From positions 1 through 64,000 of IMG/VR virus record IMGVR_UViG_3300049783_000824: 64,000 bases of DNA, one strand, 5' to 3'. The notes below the pieces were generated by a model, which did no database searches, was not told the DNA's origin, and worked only from the letters and a program-made list of their open reading frames with translations. How positions within the stretch are numbered: position 1 is the first letter of the stretch; the number at the start of each line of letters is the position of its first letter. Positions 49,213-59,004 of this stretch are shown piece after piece. The stretch is from a virus. The position numbers were made by a program, and so were the translations under genes.

Positions 49213-49696
49213 TAATGTAAAAACGAATCCAGAAATAATTGTGATGGTTGGTCTTCCCGGCAGTGGAAAAAGTACATGGCGGGATAATTTTCTTTCTGAC
49301 AAATCATACGTTATTGTTTCCAGTGATGATGAGATAGAAGCGATGGCAGCTGCTGATGGGACTGACTATAACAGAGGCTTTCAGAACTATATTGGTAAAG
49401 CCACAGCAATTAGTCAGCAAAAGTTTAAAGAAGCAGTAAATACCCATAAGAACATCATTTGGGATCAAACTAACCTGAACCCAAAGAAAAGGAAAGGGAT
49501 ATTACAACAAGTGCCAAAGCATTATAAAAAGATTGCAGTTGTATTTGAAGTTGATCCTGATGAGCTACAATCTAGGTTAGATAAACGTGAAAAGAGTACG
49601 GGTAAGAGAATACCTTCCAATGTAATGCAAAGCATGGCCAAAAGCTATGTTAAGCCATCACGGGCAGAGGGGTTCGATGAAGTAATAATTGCATAG
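49202..49696 (+). CDS. P-loop kinase (polynucleotide-kinase-like, AAA_33)
   Basis: VGLPGSGKST, SSDD, WDQTNL...R, EGFD. Confidence 0.8.
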   Translation: MKLDNVKTNPEIIVMVGLPGSGKSTWRDNFLSDKSYVIVSSDDEIEAMAAADGTDYNRGFQNYIGKATAISQQKFKEAVNTHKNIIWDQTNLNPKKRKGILQQVPKHYKKIAVVFEVDPDELQSRLDKREKSTGKRIPSNVMQSMAKSYVKPSRAEGFDEVIIA

Positions 49697-49707
49697 GAGC
49701 ATAGGAC

Positions 49708-50322
49708 ATGTTAATCAGGAAGGAAGACAACTATAATGTAACCGGAGAATCTGTAAATCAACTACCGTTGATTTTAGCATTGAATTCTGGTGGGGAACCA
49801 CTTAATTGGATTACATATCAGGATAGTGCTTTCTATTCAGCTAAGGGGAAAATCCTATGGCAGACTGGTAAGTATGAAGTGCTTCTACGTGGTGGTACTA
49901 ATGCTGCAACAGGTAAGCAGTCTACTCTAATGGTAGACACTATTGTTGCGTTAGACAATAACACTAGTCCATCAAAGTATCGTAGGGACACACCTGCACT
50001 AATCAACCGTGAGTTGTTTGCACGTGACAGGCACCTGTGTGCTTACTGTGGGAACAAGTATAACTTAGCTAAGCTAACACGTGACCACGTTTTGCCACGC
50101 TCTAAGAACGGCCCAGACGTGTGGGAGAACGTTGTTACTGCATGCCGTACCTGTAATCAGAGAAAGGATGATAGGACGCCTGAACAGGCTAAGATGGCGC
50201 TGTTGTACATACCATATGTACCATCATACAATGAGACATTGATTCTTAAAAATAGAAATATTTTAGATGATCAAATGACATATTTGATGAAGGGTGTTTC
50301 AAAGCACAGTAGGTTGCATTAA
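49708..50322 (+). CDS. HNH endonuclease (McrA-like)
   Basis: RDRHLCAYCG, TRDHVLPRS..G...WENVVTACRTCN.RK. Confidence 0.88.
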   Translation: MLIRKEDNYNVTGESVNQLPLILALNSGGEPLNWITYQDSAFYSAKGKILWQTGKYEVLLRGGTNAATGKQSTLMVDTIVALDNNTSPSKYRRDTPALINRELFARDRHLCAYCGNKYNLAKLTRDHVLPRSKNGPDVWENVVTACRTCNQRKDDRTPEQAKMALLYIPYVPSYNETLILKNRNILDDQMTYLMKGVSKHSRLH

Positions 50323-50327
50323 ATAAC

Positions 50328-50351
50328 GGGGGGGCTTTTAGGCCCCTTTTT
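50328..50351 (+). terminator. Rho-independent terminator
   Basis: GGGGCT-TTTA-GGCCCC followed by a T-run. Confidence 0.8.
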
Positions 50352-50434
50352 ATTGCTTTATTTTTATTTAGGCCCATATTCGTTGCCTTATTGTTACCAT
50401 TATGTTATACTTGTCGGAGAAAAAAGGAAACTAT

Positions 50435-51238
50435 ATGAGCTTTAAAGTATACGGTGGGTTGAAACTAGAAGGAATAACTACATTAGAAGATTCCTTTAAG
50501 TTTATTGAGACAGTAAGAGGATTAACTGAAGTCTGGGTAGAGAAGAGAGTAGCCCACGACATTAAAGTATTAGCATGTTTAATACACGATATGTACCATT
50601 GTGTTGGGATTAATATTTTAGAAGGTGATGAAAGCGTAAGCAATGATGAAAGTCCATTGCTAGCTGCAACAACAAAAATATTTGAAGGTAATCGTTCTGC
50701 ACCATCCCATGAAACTGAGTATGTTTTATCCTTAGGATTTCATAAGGATGCGGTTGTTGCCATTCCATTCTTTCCAGAAGACAGTGCTATACCCGAATTA
50801 TTAGAACTACCAAACGTTAATGAGTTTGGATATTGGGACAACGTTGATCCACTAGAGGGTGTCCCTTATGATGAGTGGGAATTGCGTGGTAAAATTTGGA
50901 ATGAGGTTTTACACGGTTCTGGTATCCCAGCAGAAACTATGCTTACTGTTAGACTAGCAGATTCAAAATATCTAGTTCCAAGAGATGAGTTTATGGCAGA
51001 CATAACATCTGTTGAAAACAGAACCAAGTCATTGGTAATGAATATAGCATATGATAGAGCATATAAACTATTAGAAAAAGTAGATAACATACCTGCCGAT
51101 CAGTTCTCGCGATATCTACAGAAAACTGCAGCAAATGCAATCGAAGATATTAAAAAAGAAATTGATGGAAAATTAAATGAAAAACTCACAATGAAAGATT
51201 TAGAGAAACCACTTACAGGAGAAGCAAATGACGCATAA
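50435..51238 (+). CDS. Hypothetical protein
   Basis: AAGGA SD; EFGYWDNVD....EWE.R..IW motif. Confidence 0.6.
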   Translation: MSFKVYGGLKLEGITTLEDSFKFIETVRGLTEVWVEKRVAHDIKVLACLIHDMYHCVGINILEGDESVSNDESPLLAATTKIFEGNRSAPSHETEYVLSLGFHKDAVVAIPFFPEDSAIPELLELPNVNEFGYWDNVDPLEGVPYDEWELRGKIWNEVLHGSGIPAETMLTVRLADSKYLVPRDEFMADITSVENRTKSLVMNIAYDRAYKLLEKVDNIPADQFSRYLQKTAANAIEDIKKEIDGKLNEKLTMKDLEKPLTGEANDA

Positions 51239-51851
51239 AGATTTTCAAACATTAGCAATTAGAACGGAATCAATCGTAGATAGTATCGAGTCAACTGAGC
51301 TTGACTTGCAAGTGTTCGAGGATGCATTATCCGCAGCAGTGAACATCATTGATGTGCTAGATGTTTATAAAAAGAGTTTATTTTACGGCAAAGATTTAGA
51401 CAAAGAAAAGATTCTTACGAAGTTAGCAGTTGCTCAAGGGGATATAGAAGATGCACTGGCTGGTATTATTGAGTCAAGGCGCATACGAGATGATATACAA
51501 GTAGGGGTTGAGCTAAGCATTGATCCTAGGGTATTCCATGCAATCTTGGGAACTATCACTGAGCATGGTGAGATTGCCCATGCATTACTGACTGGCATGA
51601 ACAGTGAGGATGGAATTGACCTTGTTAACATGTGTGAAGAGTTAGGTGATTCTGATTGGTATAAGGCATTGTTCTATGAAGCCACTGGAATTGGTTGGGG
51701 CGATGTACAAGCAATGATTATTAAGAAGTTAGAATTACGGTACAGTGATAAGATCTTTACTAAAGAAGAAGCCGAAAGTCGGGATTTAGTTGCTGAGCGC
51801 CAATTACTACATGATGCTATTAATGAAGCAATAGCTGAGTATACAGCATAA
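51228..51851 (+). CDS. MazG-like NTP pyrophosphohydrolase
   Basis: HAILG..TEHGEI, EELGD..WY, KLELRY. Confidence 0.75.
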   Translation: MTHKDFQTLAIRTESIVDSIESTELDLQVFEDALSAAVNIIDVLDVYKKSLFYGKDLDKEKILTKLAVAQGDIEDALAGIIESRRIRDDIQVGVELSIDPRVFHAILGTITEHGEIAHALLTGMNSEDGIDLVNMCEELGDSDWYKALFYEATGIGWGDVQAMIIKKLELRYSDKIFTKEEAESRDLVAERQLLHDAINEAIAEYTA

Positions 51852-51852
51852 T

Positions 51853-52443
51853 ATGCCACCTAAAATGGACAAACCTGTCATAGTGTTTGATTTAGATGAT
51901 ACTCTAATTGACTTGAAGACTGAACTATATACGGCACTACATACTGACTTTGGTAAGGATAGAGTGCCACATTGGTCATTGTGGGACACCCACAATGTTG
52001 AAAATATTGTGGGGATAGGCGTAAAAGAATTTATTAAGTGCTCTGTTAAGCATGAAATATATTTAACAGCTAAGCCTAATATTTTCGCTAAGCCTATGTT
52101 AAAGGATTTATCTGCGAGGGGATATCATGTTGTTATTCTAACAGCACGTGGTGGGTTTGTCCCTAAGGCATTTGAGAAGACGGAAAAATACTTAGCAGAC
52201 CATGATCTTGTATGTGACGAACTGATTATTAGTAACATTGGTGAAAACAAAATGGACAGTCTAACAAAGTTTGATAATATAAAATGCACAGTTGATGATA
52301 GTGCCAAGAACTGTAAAGATATGTTGGCGTCAGGTAAGGTTGAGCATGTATTTCTACATGCTCTCCCCAATAACGTTAATAGCTTAGAGTATATACGGAT
52401 ACATAATTTGTATCAAATATATCCTTACCTTGGGTTATCTTGA
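51853..52443 (+). CDS. HAD-family 5'(3')-nucleotidase-like
   Basis: FDLDDTL, LTARG, K, VDDS. Confidence 0.75.
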   Translation: MPPKMDKPVIVFDLDDTLIDLKTELYTALHTDFGKDRVPHWSLWDTHNVENIVGIGVKEFIKCSVKHEIYLTAKPNIFAKPMLKDLSARGYHVVILTARGGFVPKAFEKTEKYLADHDLVCDELIISNIGENKMDSLTKFDNIKCTVDDSAKNCKDMLASGKVEHVFLHALPNNVNSLEYIRIHNLYQIYPYLGLS

Positions 52444-53216
52444 TCGAAATCTTCCATGGCACATATCCAAGCTTTAACAAATTCACTACGAACAATATCT
52501 TCTTTCTTGAACACAATTTCATCAAAGTTGGGTATTGTTCTAGCGATTTGTAAAAACCGCTCCATACCGGATTTATCATTTCCAGATTTATACAAATCTG
52601 TTTGTATCTGGTCACCGACTATAAGTAGGTTAGAGTCGTCACCCACTCTAGTAATTACCGAATTCAATTCCCAAAAATTAAGGTTTTGTACTTCATCGAC
52701 AATAATTACGGCATCGTCCCAGTTAAGGCCACGAACAAAAGATGTTGGCATGAATTCAATAATACCAGCTTCTTTAAGGTTATCATAACTGTTGTTGTTT
52801 CCCATTAGGAATCCTACAATATCCCTATATGGTGCTTCGTATGGTTCAAGTTTCTCGGAAACTGTACCCGGAAGGTGTCCTAATTCTCTTGTGGAGACTG
52901 CACTGCGTACAATGATTATGCGTTGCTGTGGTTGTTCTTTTGATAAAACATCAGTTAGTGCTAGGTACATTGCTGCTAATGTTTTTCCTGTACCGGCTGA
53001 ACCATTTGCAATAATGTGGTTGCCGTTATAATATGATTCAAACATTTCTTTTTGTGGGGGGTTGAGCGGGTTTATTACTTTTAGATCGTGGAGTGACCAT
53101 GACTTTTTTCTTCGTTGTTCGGTCATAGCCATACCGTTATTTACAAGGCCACTTTTTAGGAGTTTAAGTTCGTATTCTTTATGGCCAACAGCCTTTGCTT
53201 GTTTTTTTCGTGACAT
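52425..53216 (-). CDS. phoH: PhoH family ATPase
   Basis: GSAGTGKT, RSAV...LGHLPG, FVRG, DEVQN, TRVG, GD..QTD, DIVRS. Confidence 0.93.
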   Translation of the reverse strand: MSRKKQAKAVGHKEYELKLLKSGLVNNGMAMTEQRRKKSWSLHDLKVINPLNPPQKEMFESYYNGNHIIANGSAGTGKTLAAMYLALTDVLSKEQPQQRIIIVRSAVSTRELGHLPGTVSEKLEPYEAPYRDIVGFLMGNNNSYDNLKEAGIIEFMPTSFVRGLNWDDAVIIVDEVQNLNFWELNSVITRVGDDSNLLIVGDQIQTDLYKSGNDKSGMERFLQIARTIPNFDEIVFKKEDIVRSEFVKAWICAMEDFDQDNPR

Positions 53217-53268
53217 ATTAATGTCTCCATGTTGTAGGTTAGTTTTTGTTCGTTACTGCTACGGTATA

Positions 53269-53283
53269 TTACGAATCAGGCAT
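53269..53283 (-). other. Mini-ORF MPDS with perfect SD upstream of phoH
   Basis: AGGAGGT (53297-53291), 7-nt spacer, ATG CCT GAT TCG TAA. Confidence 0.4.
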
Positions 53284-53344
53284 ATGCGTCACCTCCTATA
53301 AAATGAATTACATAGTCAAGATTGAGAACTATACTAATCTAACA

Positions 53345-53373
53345 TTGACAAAGGTTGTAGTCTGAGATAGAAT
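53345..53373 (+). promoter_or_regulatory. Sigma70-like promoter
   Basis: TTGACA-17 nt-TAGAAT. Confidence 0.55.
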
Positions 53374-53460
53374 TGCAACAATGTCTCAAGCGTTCTTGAC
53401 AGTTATCGAATACTAAATATACGATAACTATAATTATTTATAACAGACTGGAGATAATAA

Positions 53461-53763
53461 ATGGAAGAAGAATTTATCCTTGATATGTCAAAGACTTACA
53501 TATACGAAGGTGATGAGTATATTGCCACGGGTAAGTACGCTGAGAAAGTAAACTTGGAGGAAGATGAAGAACCTAGACGTAGAAGGTCAAATCGCCACCC
53601 AGTAAAAAAGAGCACAGCACATAATGTGCAAATACAAATAACCCCAGCCCCCCAACGGGGCAAGTCACAGGCTAGTATGGTAGGGGTATCAAAAGTAGAA
53701 AAATGGGTATATGCAAACGAACTGTATATGGTTCACGACATGTTAGATGAGGAAGATGATTAA
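53461..53763 (+). CDS. Hypothetical protein
   Basis: GGAG SD. Confidence 0.6.
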   Translation: MEEEFILDMSKTYIYEGDEYIATGKYAEKVNLEEDEEPRRRRSNRHPVKKSTAHNVQIQITPAPQRGKSQASMVGVSKVEKWVYANELYMVHDMLDEEDD

Positions 53764-54261
53764 ATGAAAGCGATTATTGTAGCAGTTGACCGAATGGGTG
53801 GCATTGGTAAAGACAATGGCATTCCATGGAAATATAGCGAAGATATGAAATACTTTGCAGCAACAACAAAAAATAGCACATGTATTATGGGCCGTAAGAC
53901 ATATGAGAGTATATTGCCATACATTGGCAATAGGACTAGCCTATTACCCCACCGTCAGTGCCTCGTAGTGACCAGTAACGATGAATATGAGGTAACAGGT
54001 GCCAGTAGAGTAAGAAGCCTCACAGAGGGCTTAAAAGAAGCCTCATATGATAATGTGTTCTTCATTGGTGGTGCGTCGATATACATGGAAGCGTTGGGGC
54101 ATATAGACACGGCATACATCACCACCATCCCAGATGACTATGATTGTGATGTAAACATAAATAATGTTATTGGTTATGTTGCATCAAGCTTTGATTATGT
54201 GAGTGGGGAAGTGTCAGCTGCTGGGTTGAGTTATAGGGTATGGAGTAAAAATACTAGGTGA
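53764..54261 (+). CDS. frd: Dihydrofolate reductase
   Basis: IVAVD..GGIGKDNGIPW, EDMKYF, IMGRKTYES, LPHR, IGGASIY. Confidence 0.93.
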   Translation: MKAIIVAVDRMGGIGKDNGIPWKYSEDMKYFAATTKNSTCIMGRKTYESILPYIGNRTSLLPHRQCLVVTSNDEYEVTGASRVRSLTEGLKEASYDNVFFIGGASIYMEALGHIDTAYITTIPDDYDCDVNINNVIGYVASSFDYVSGEVSAAGLSYRVWSKNTR

Positions 54262-54292
54262 TAATACTAAATATAATTATACTGGAGAAAAT

Positions 54293-54787
54293 ATGAAATT
54301 ATTTACAATAACCGAGAAGAAGTCAGCCTCCGATGGGACGTATGTTGCACTTAAGGTATCCCCCGAAAGTAAAAAACTGCTAAAAGAAGTTATCCGTAAG
54401 CTGGGAGTCCCATCACCATTAGATACAAAAGATGCACATTCCACTTTAATATATTCCAGAAAGCCCTTACCAGACTTTAAGGCTAATGGTAAGTTAAAAT
54501 CCCCTATTGTTGCTAAATGTAAAAAGTTAACCATATTCCCCACAGATGATGGGAAAGCCTTAGTTATAGAGCTTGATAATAAGGAAATGCAGGATAGATT
54601 TGAAGAAATAATGTCAAAGCATGAAGCCACATCGGATTACGATGAATATAAACCACATGTAACCCTATCATATGATTGCGGTGACTTCGACATAAGTAGG
54701 ATTAATATTTCAGATATGATAGATTCTATTGAATTTTCAGAGGAATATTCAAATAAATTAATACTAGGGTGGGCATCAAAGAAATGA
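54293..54787 (+). CDS. acb1: Anti-CBASS 2H phosphodiesterase Acb1 (T4 gp57B-like)
   Basis: GTYVA, GVPSP, HSTLIYSR, ATSDYDEYKPHVTLSY, EY...L.LGWA align in order with T4 57B GLYVA, HSTICYSR, ATHDFDDYTPHITLSY, EY..L.LDWA. Confidence 0.85.
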   Translation: MKLFTITEKKSASDGTYVALKVSPESKKLLKEVIRKLGVPSPLDTKDAHSTLIYSRKPLPDFKANGKLKSPIVAKCKKLTIFPTDDGKALVIELDNKEMQDRFEEIMSKHEATSDYDEYKPHVTLSYDCGDFDISRINISDMIDSIEFSEEYSNKLILGWASKK

Positions 54788-55053
54788 AAAATAGAACAAG
54801 ATTTGTAGGAAATGTACAAACAACATATAGTGATTGGTCACAGTCATTAGTCAACGCATATCCAGATGGTTTAAAGTTTGAACTGTTAGCAGGTAAAAAA
54901 ACTGTGGTGGCATACAGTGGTGGTGTTGATATTGGCCTGTTTAACTTTCAAATAGCACAAGGTGAGCTATTTTGGGATAGCGAGCACAACGAGCACATAC
55001 CCGAGAAAGACCCACAATATCAGAAATTTGATATCAACAAATTTATAAAATAA
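54784..55053 (+). CDS. Hypothetical protein
   Basis: ATGA overlap with the acb1 stop. Confidence 0.5.
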   Translation: MKNRTRFVGNVQTTYSDWSQSLVNAYPDGLKFELLAGKKTVVAYSGGVDIGLFNFQIAQGELFWDSEHNEHIPEKDPQYQKFDINKFIK

Positions 55054-55128
55054 ACTATATTATTGAGACAATAAATATAATATGTAATACCAGTGCATAA
55101 CACTATAAACAATAACGGAGTACGTTTG

Positions 55129-55830
55129 ATGAATAGTAATAAAAAAGATGTTGGCGAATTATTCATGCTAGAAAAGCAAGTAAAGTACTATGCACAAACT
55201 GTTAATATAACATTACATCACTTCTATATTAACGGGGAAATAGAACACGAAATAGATAAGTACGTTGACATGCTTAATGTTATGAAAACATGTGAAGCCC
55301 AAGATAAGATTTACATTTACTTGAATACACCGGGTGGGAGCCTAGGAACCACCATTCAAATAATAGCTGCAATGAACCAATCACAGGCAGAAATAACAAC
55401 TTTCTTAGAAGGTGATGTTTGTTCGGCAGGAACGATGATATTCTTATCAGGGGATAACTATGTAGTTAACGACCATTGTGCATTTATGATCCATAACTGT
55501 AGCCATGGTGGGTATGATAAGGGTGCAGCTATTGTATCACAAGTGGATTTCATGAAGACTTATTTCAAAAAAATGGCTACTAACATATATTCAGGATTCT
55601 TAACCGATGATGAAATTACAGATATGCTTGCAGATAAGGATTTCTGGATGGATTCTGATGAAGTAGTAGAACGCCTTAACGTGCGTGGTATCGGGGTCGT
55701 ATTTGATGGCAGGATTGATGACGAGATTGATGAAACGGCATATGAACCTAAACCAAAACCTAAGCCAAAGCCTAAACCAAAAGCTAAGGCTAAAGTTAAG
55801 GCTAAAGTTAAGGTAAAAACTAAAGCATGA
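55129..55830 (+). CDS. clpP: ClpP-like serine protease with basic KP/KA/KV tail
   Basis: LNTPGGS, CSAGT (Ser), FMIH (His), DFWM (Asp). Confidence 0.82.
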   Translation: MNSNKKDVGELFMLEKQVKYYAQTVNITLHHFYINGEIEHEIDKYVDMLNVMKTCEAQDKIYIYLNTPGGSLGTTIQIIAAMNQSQAEITTFLEGDVCSAGTMIFLSGDNYVVNDHCAFMIHNCSHGGYDKGAAIVSQVDFMKTYFKKMATNIYSGFLTDDEITDMLADKDFWMDSDEVVERLNVRGIGVVFDGRIDDEIDETAYEPKPKPKPKPKPKAKAKVKAKVKVKTKA

Positions 55831-55874
55831 CTCTTCTTTCAAATAGTTTAATGTTGTGATATAATACCACACAT

Positions 55875-56924
55875 ATGGAAACTATTGAAGACTTAGTACG
55901 AGATCACTTACCATTAATGCACGGAGAATCATCCAAAGGGTGGAACTCCGTGTATTGTGCTGTATGTGGTGATGGTACACACTCAAAAGGCCCCCGTGGT
56001 GGCTGGCTCTTTCAGGATGAAATGTGTTTCTACAATTGCTTTAATTGTAGTACAGATGGTAGTTTTGATCCAGATAGAGAAGCCCCACATTCAAAGAACA
56101 TGTGGGATATATTCAGAGCATTTGGTATACCAGTAAAGGAAGTAAATGGTCTCCTCGCATCTAAAATAAAAGATGATAAGAAGCGTGTTACAAAAGCAGA
56201 AAAGATAATATTACCATCAATTAAGCAACCTGATTTTTTTAAACCCATAACGGCCTATGCAGAGGATGACCCATTGGCATGTGAGGCTAGGGACTTCTTG
56301 TGGAATAAGTATAAAATGACACAAGATGACTACCCATTCTTCCTGTCTAAAGGTAAAACATCATCCGTAAACCCGGATGACATATTCCTTGCAAAGAATC
56401 TACTACCACGGATAATTATACCAACATACAAGAACAATGGCGATCTTATGTACTGGCAGGCACGCATTTTCTTTGGGGAATCAAATAAAAAATATTTAAG
56501 TGCCAGTGTTGAGAATAGCGGGGCAGTTATATATGGTACGGAGAATATCAACAATGAAAAATATAAGGATAGGCCACTATACATAACCGAAGGATTCTTT
56601 GATTCTTGGCATGTTAATGGCGTGGCAATTATAACTAATAATATGAAAACATCTAAAATAAAGCTACTAGAGAGAAACAAGAGAGATAAAGTAGTAATAC
56701 CAGACTATAATAGAGATGGCATGAATCTTGCAGACCAAGCTATTAATGAAGGGTGGGGAATATCCTTACCCGCCTACCTACCACACAGGGACATATGCAG
56801 TGCTATAAACCATTTCGGAAAACTATACGTACTTAAAACAATTATAAAAAACACATACTACAGTTTTGAAGCAAAAATGCGCCTTAAAGAGTTTAAGTTG
56901 AAAAATTATAAGTTTTTAGACTAG
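55875..56924 (+). CDS. gp61: DNA primase (gp61-like)
   Basis: Zn ribbon CAVC...YNCFNC, RIIIP, WQAR, KYL, TOPRIM ITEGFFD and PD...DG. Confidence 0.82.
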   Translation: METIEDLVRDHLPLMHGESSKGWNSVYCAVCGDGTHSKGPRGGWLFQDEMCFYNCFNCSTDGSFDPDREAPHSKNMWDIFRAFGIPVKEVNGLLASKIKDDKKRVTKAEKIILPSIKQPDFFKPITAYAEDDPLACEARDFLWNKYKMTQDDYPFFLSKGKTSSVNPDDIFLAKNLLPRIIIPTYKNNGDLMYWQARIFFGESNKKYLSASVENSGAVIYGTENINNEKYKDRPLYITEGFFDSWHVNGVAIITNNMKTSKIKLLERNKRDKVVIPDYNRDGMNLADQAINEGWGISLPAYLPHRDICSAINHFGKLYVLKTIIKNTYYSFEAKMRLKEFKLKNYKFLD

Positions 56925-56963
56925 GAACTATAAATATACTTAACCTACTAATGAGGTAAGATT

Positions 56964-57146
56964 ATGTTCAGCAACGAAAATACTAAAGATAAACCTGAAT
57001 TGAAGTTTGATTCTGTAGAACGCATTAACTCCGAATTATCCATGATTCAACGTAGAGTGGAAATATTTCGAGTCCTTAATAAAAATGAAAATGTAGAAGA
57101 TATGTCATTATCTAAAGAATTCTTTGAAGGTTTAAAACTTGTCTAA
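56964..57146 (+). CDS. Small hypothetical late protein
   Basis: TATAAATA at 56929-56936; GAGGT SD. Confidence 0.55.
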   Translation: MFSNENTKDKPELKFDSVERINSELSMIQRRVEIFRVLNKNENVEDMSLSKEFFEGLKLV

Positions 57147-57298
57147 AAAGCAATTAACTGTATCTAAAATAAGAAGAATAAAAGACTTATCCCAAATCAT
57201 GTATATAGCTGGAATCGTAATAAACTCAGATGGTTCCGTTTTTGATAAAACTACCAAAAAAACATATAATACAGTTGTTGATTGGTCACGGAGGCCCG

Positions 57299-57520
57299 AT
57301 GAAGTATGAAGATAATGACCTTAAAGAATTGTATGAAAATGAATCACTTGAAACTTTTATTGAAAAAGTAAACCCAGCAAATATAGTAAACCCACGAACA
57401 AGAGCAATAGTAGCAGCATTAAGCCGATCAGTCCGAGTACTGGAGCTTGAATTTAACCCAATCGTCTCTCCAGAGCATGTGGAAAAAAGAGAAGATACTA
57501 ATCATTATCAAGAACCATAA
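57299..57520 (+). CDS. Hypothetical protein
   Basis: GGAGG SD before ATG 57299. Confidence 0.5.
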   Translation: MKYEDNDLKELYENESLETFIEKVNPANIVNPRTRAIVAALSRSVRVLELEFNPIVSPEHVEKREDTNHYQEP

Positions 57521-57545
57521 ATAGTTACATTAAAGGATAACTTAT

Positions 57546-58496
57546 ATGGCAATTACTGGTGGTGATGATAATGGGGTTTCTAGCCCAATAGAATCATATA
57601 TTAAATATTTTAACGATATAAAACCTTATCATACTAAAATACTTGAAGTGTTGGAACAATATAATTTTTCCGATAGAATAAGCCCGTCGTTTGTAGAAAG
57701 CCTTGATATGGTTGTGCAGTTGGCATCACCAACACCAACACAAACTGTAACGCCGACATATACACCAACTGTCACACCTACTATGACAGTGACACCAACT
57801 ATGACGGTTACACCAACTATGACGGTTACGCCTACCATGACGGTTACACCAACTATGACGGCAGCGCCAACCGTAACACCAACACCAACGGTATCTTCTA
57901 CGCCAGCAGGTACACCAGCAATAACACCAACATCAACACCAGTAGGTACACCAGCAGGTACACCAGCTTCCACACCAGTAGGTACACCAGCAGGTACACC
58001 AGCAGGTACACCAGCATCTACACCAGCATCTACACCAGCTGGGACACCGGCAGGAACACTTTCTGAAGTTTCTTTGGCTGCTATGCCGGGTAGTATAAAC
58101 AACTCCTACGTTCAAGCTACTTCACCAGATGGTGGTAGGGTAACATCGGGTTTATCATTCGATCCTGACAGAACAATACGTAGAATAGACAATGACTCAG
58201 CTGGTAACGAGCTTCCGACTACAATACTTGGGGATTGGTTATCTTCTGGGTTTAACTCATCACTTTATGAAATATTTGCATCCTCTGTAACAGTATCAGG
58301 TGTACCAACTTATCTTAACAGTGCTACACTAAATACATGGCTGCAACTAAACACATTCAGGAGGTGGACATTGACATCTGCTTCATCTGGTTTTGATTCC
58401 TCTCAGACCACACTTACAATACAAATAAGGCTTGCAGGTACAACAACACCCGTGGTAACTGATTCAGTTAATTTATTTATAGACCGTGAAGTTTAA
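57546..58496 (+). CDS. Putative virion appendage protein with Pro/Thr mucin-like stalk
   Basis: CATAAATA upstream; N-domain YFNDIKPYHTKILE; (VTPTMT)n and (TPAG)n; beta-rich C-domain. Confidence 0.65.
   Translation: MAITGGDDNGVSSPIESYIKYFNDIKPYHTKILEVLEQYNFSDRISPSFVESLDMVVQLASPTPTQTVTPTYTPTVTPTMTVTPTMTVTPTMTVTPTMTVTPTMTAAPTVTPTPTVSSTPAGTPAITPTSTPVGTPAGTPASTPVGTPAGTPAGTPASTPASTPAGTPAGTLSEVSLAAMPGSINNSYVQATSPDGGRVTSGLSFDPDRTIRRIDNDSAGNELPTTILGDWLSSGFNSSLYEIFASSVTVSGVPTYLNSATLNTWLQLNTFRRWTLTSASSGFDSSQTTLTIQIRLAGTTTPVVTDSVNLFIDREV
57725..58060. repeat. Degenerate 18-bp and 12-bp tandem repeats encoding the stalk
   Basis: ACTATGACGGTTACACCA-like and ACACCAGCAGGT-like units. Confidence 0.8.
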
Positions 58497-58512
58497 TGTA
58501 AAACAATTGCAA

Positions 58513-59004
58513 CTAATCAAACATAGATTTGATAGTTGCAATTGTTGAAGCTGCACTAGTATGAAGTATACCAATGCCACCAGCAGCAATGAACGGATCA
58601 ATTGACTGGCTTCGATCATCAATAAGCAATGAATTTTCATTAGCAAACGCAGCCTTTTCATGTGAAGCCCCTACCACATTAACTTTAATGCTACCAAAGT
58701 AGTCACGAACCCACTTGCGCTTTTGTGCAGGTGCATCAGTAGGAGTACTCCCAGATGCTGTCAGAATCCTAACATCATTTAAGTTATCCTGTAAGAATGA
58801 CATTAACTGCTTAGCATCATGTAACATAGGTAGGCTATAGAACCAAGGCTCAACATTATCGTTGTGGTGCTTAATAGACCCCCACACCTTTGATTTCTTA
58901 TCAGCCATAGTAAGGCCAAGCTTGTCTTTCAAAGCTCCCTCAAAGTCAGCTAAGACCCCATCCATGTCAACGTATATAATTGTATCTTTAGTTATTTCTT
59001 TCAT
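58513..59004 (-). CDS. HAD 5'(3')-deoxyribonucleotidase-like
   Basis: YVDMDGVLADF, ILTA, KRKW, LIDDR, GGIGILH. Confidence 0.85.
   Translation of the reverse strand: MKEITKDTIIYVDMDGVLADFEGALKDKLGLTMADKKSKVWGSIKHHNDNVEPWFYSLPMLHDAKQLMSFLQDNLNDVRILTASGSTPTDAPAQKRKWVRDYFGSIKVNVVGASHEKAAFANENSLLIDDRSQSIDPFIAAGGIGILHTSAASTIATIKSMFD

Noticed and set aside
49708-50322. HNH as an intron-encoded homing endonuclease
   Set aside because: Free-standing with its own SD and terminator; flanking genes are not interrupted.
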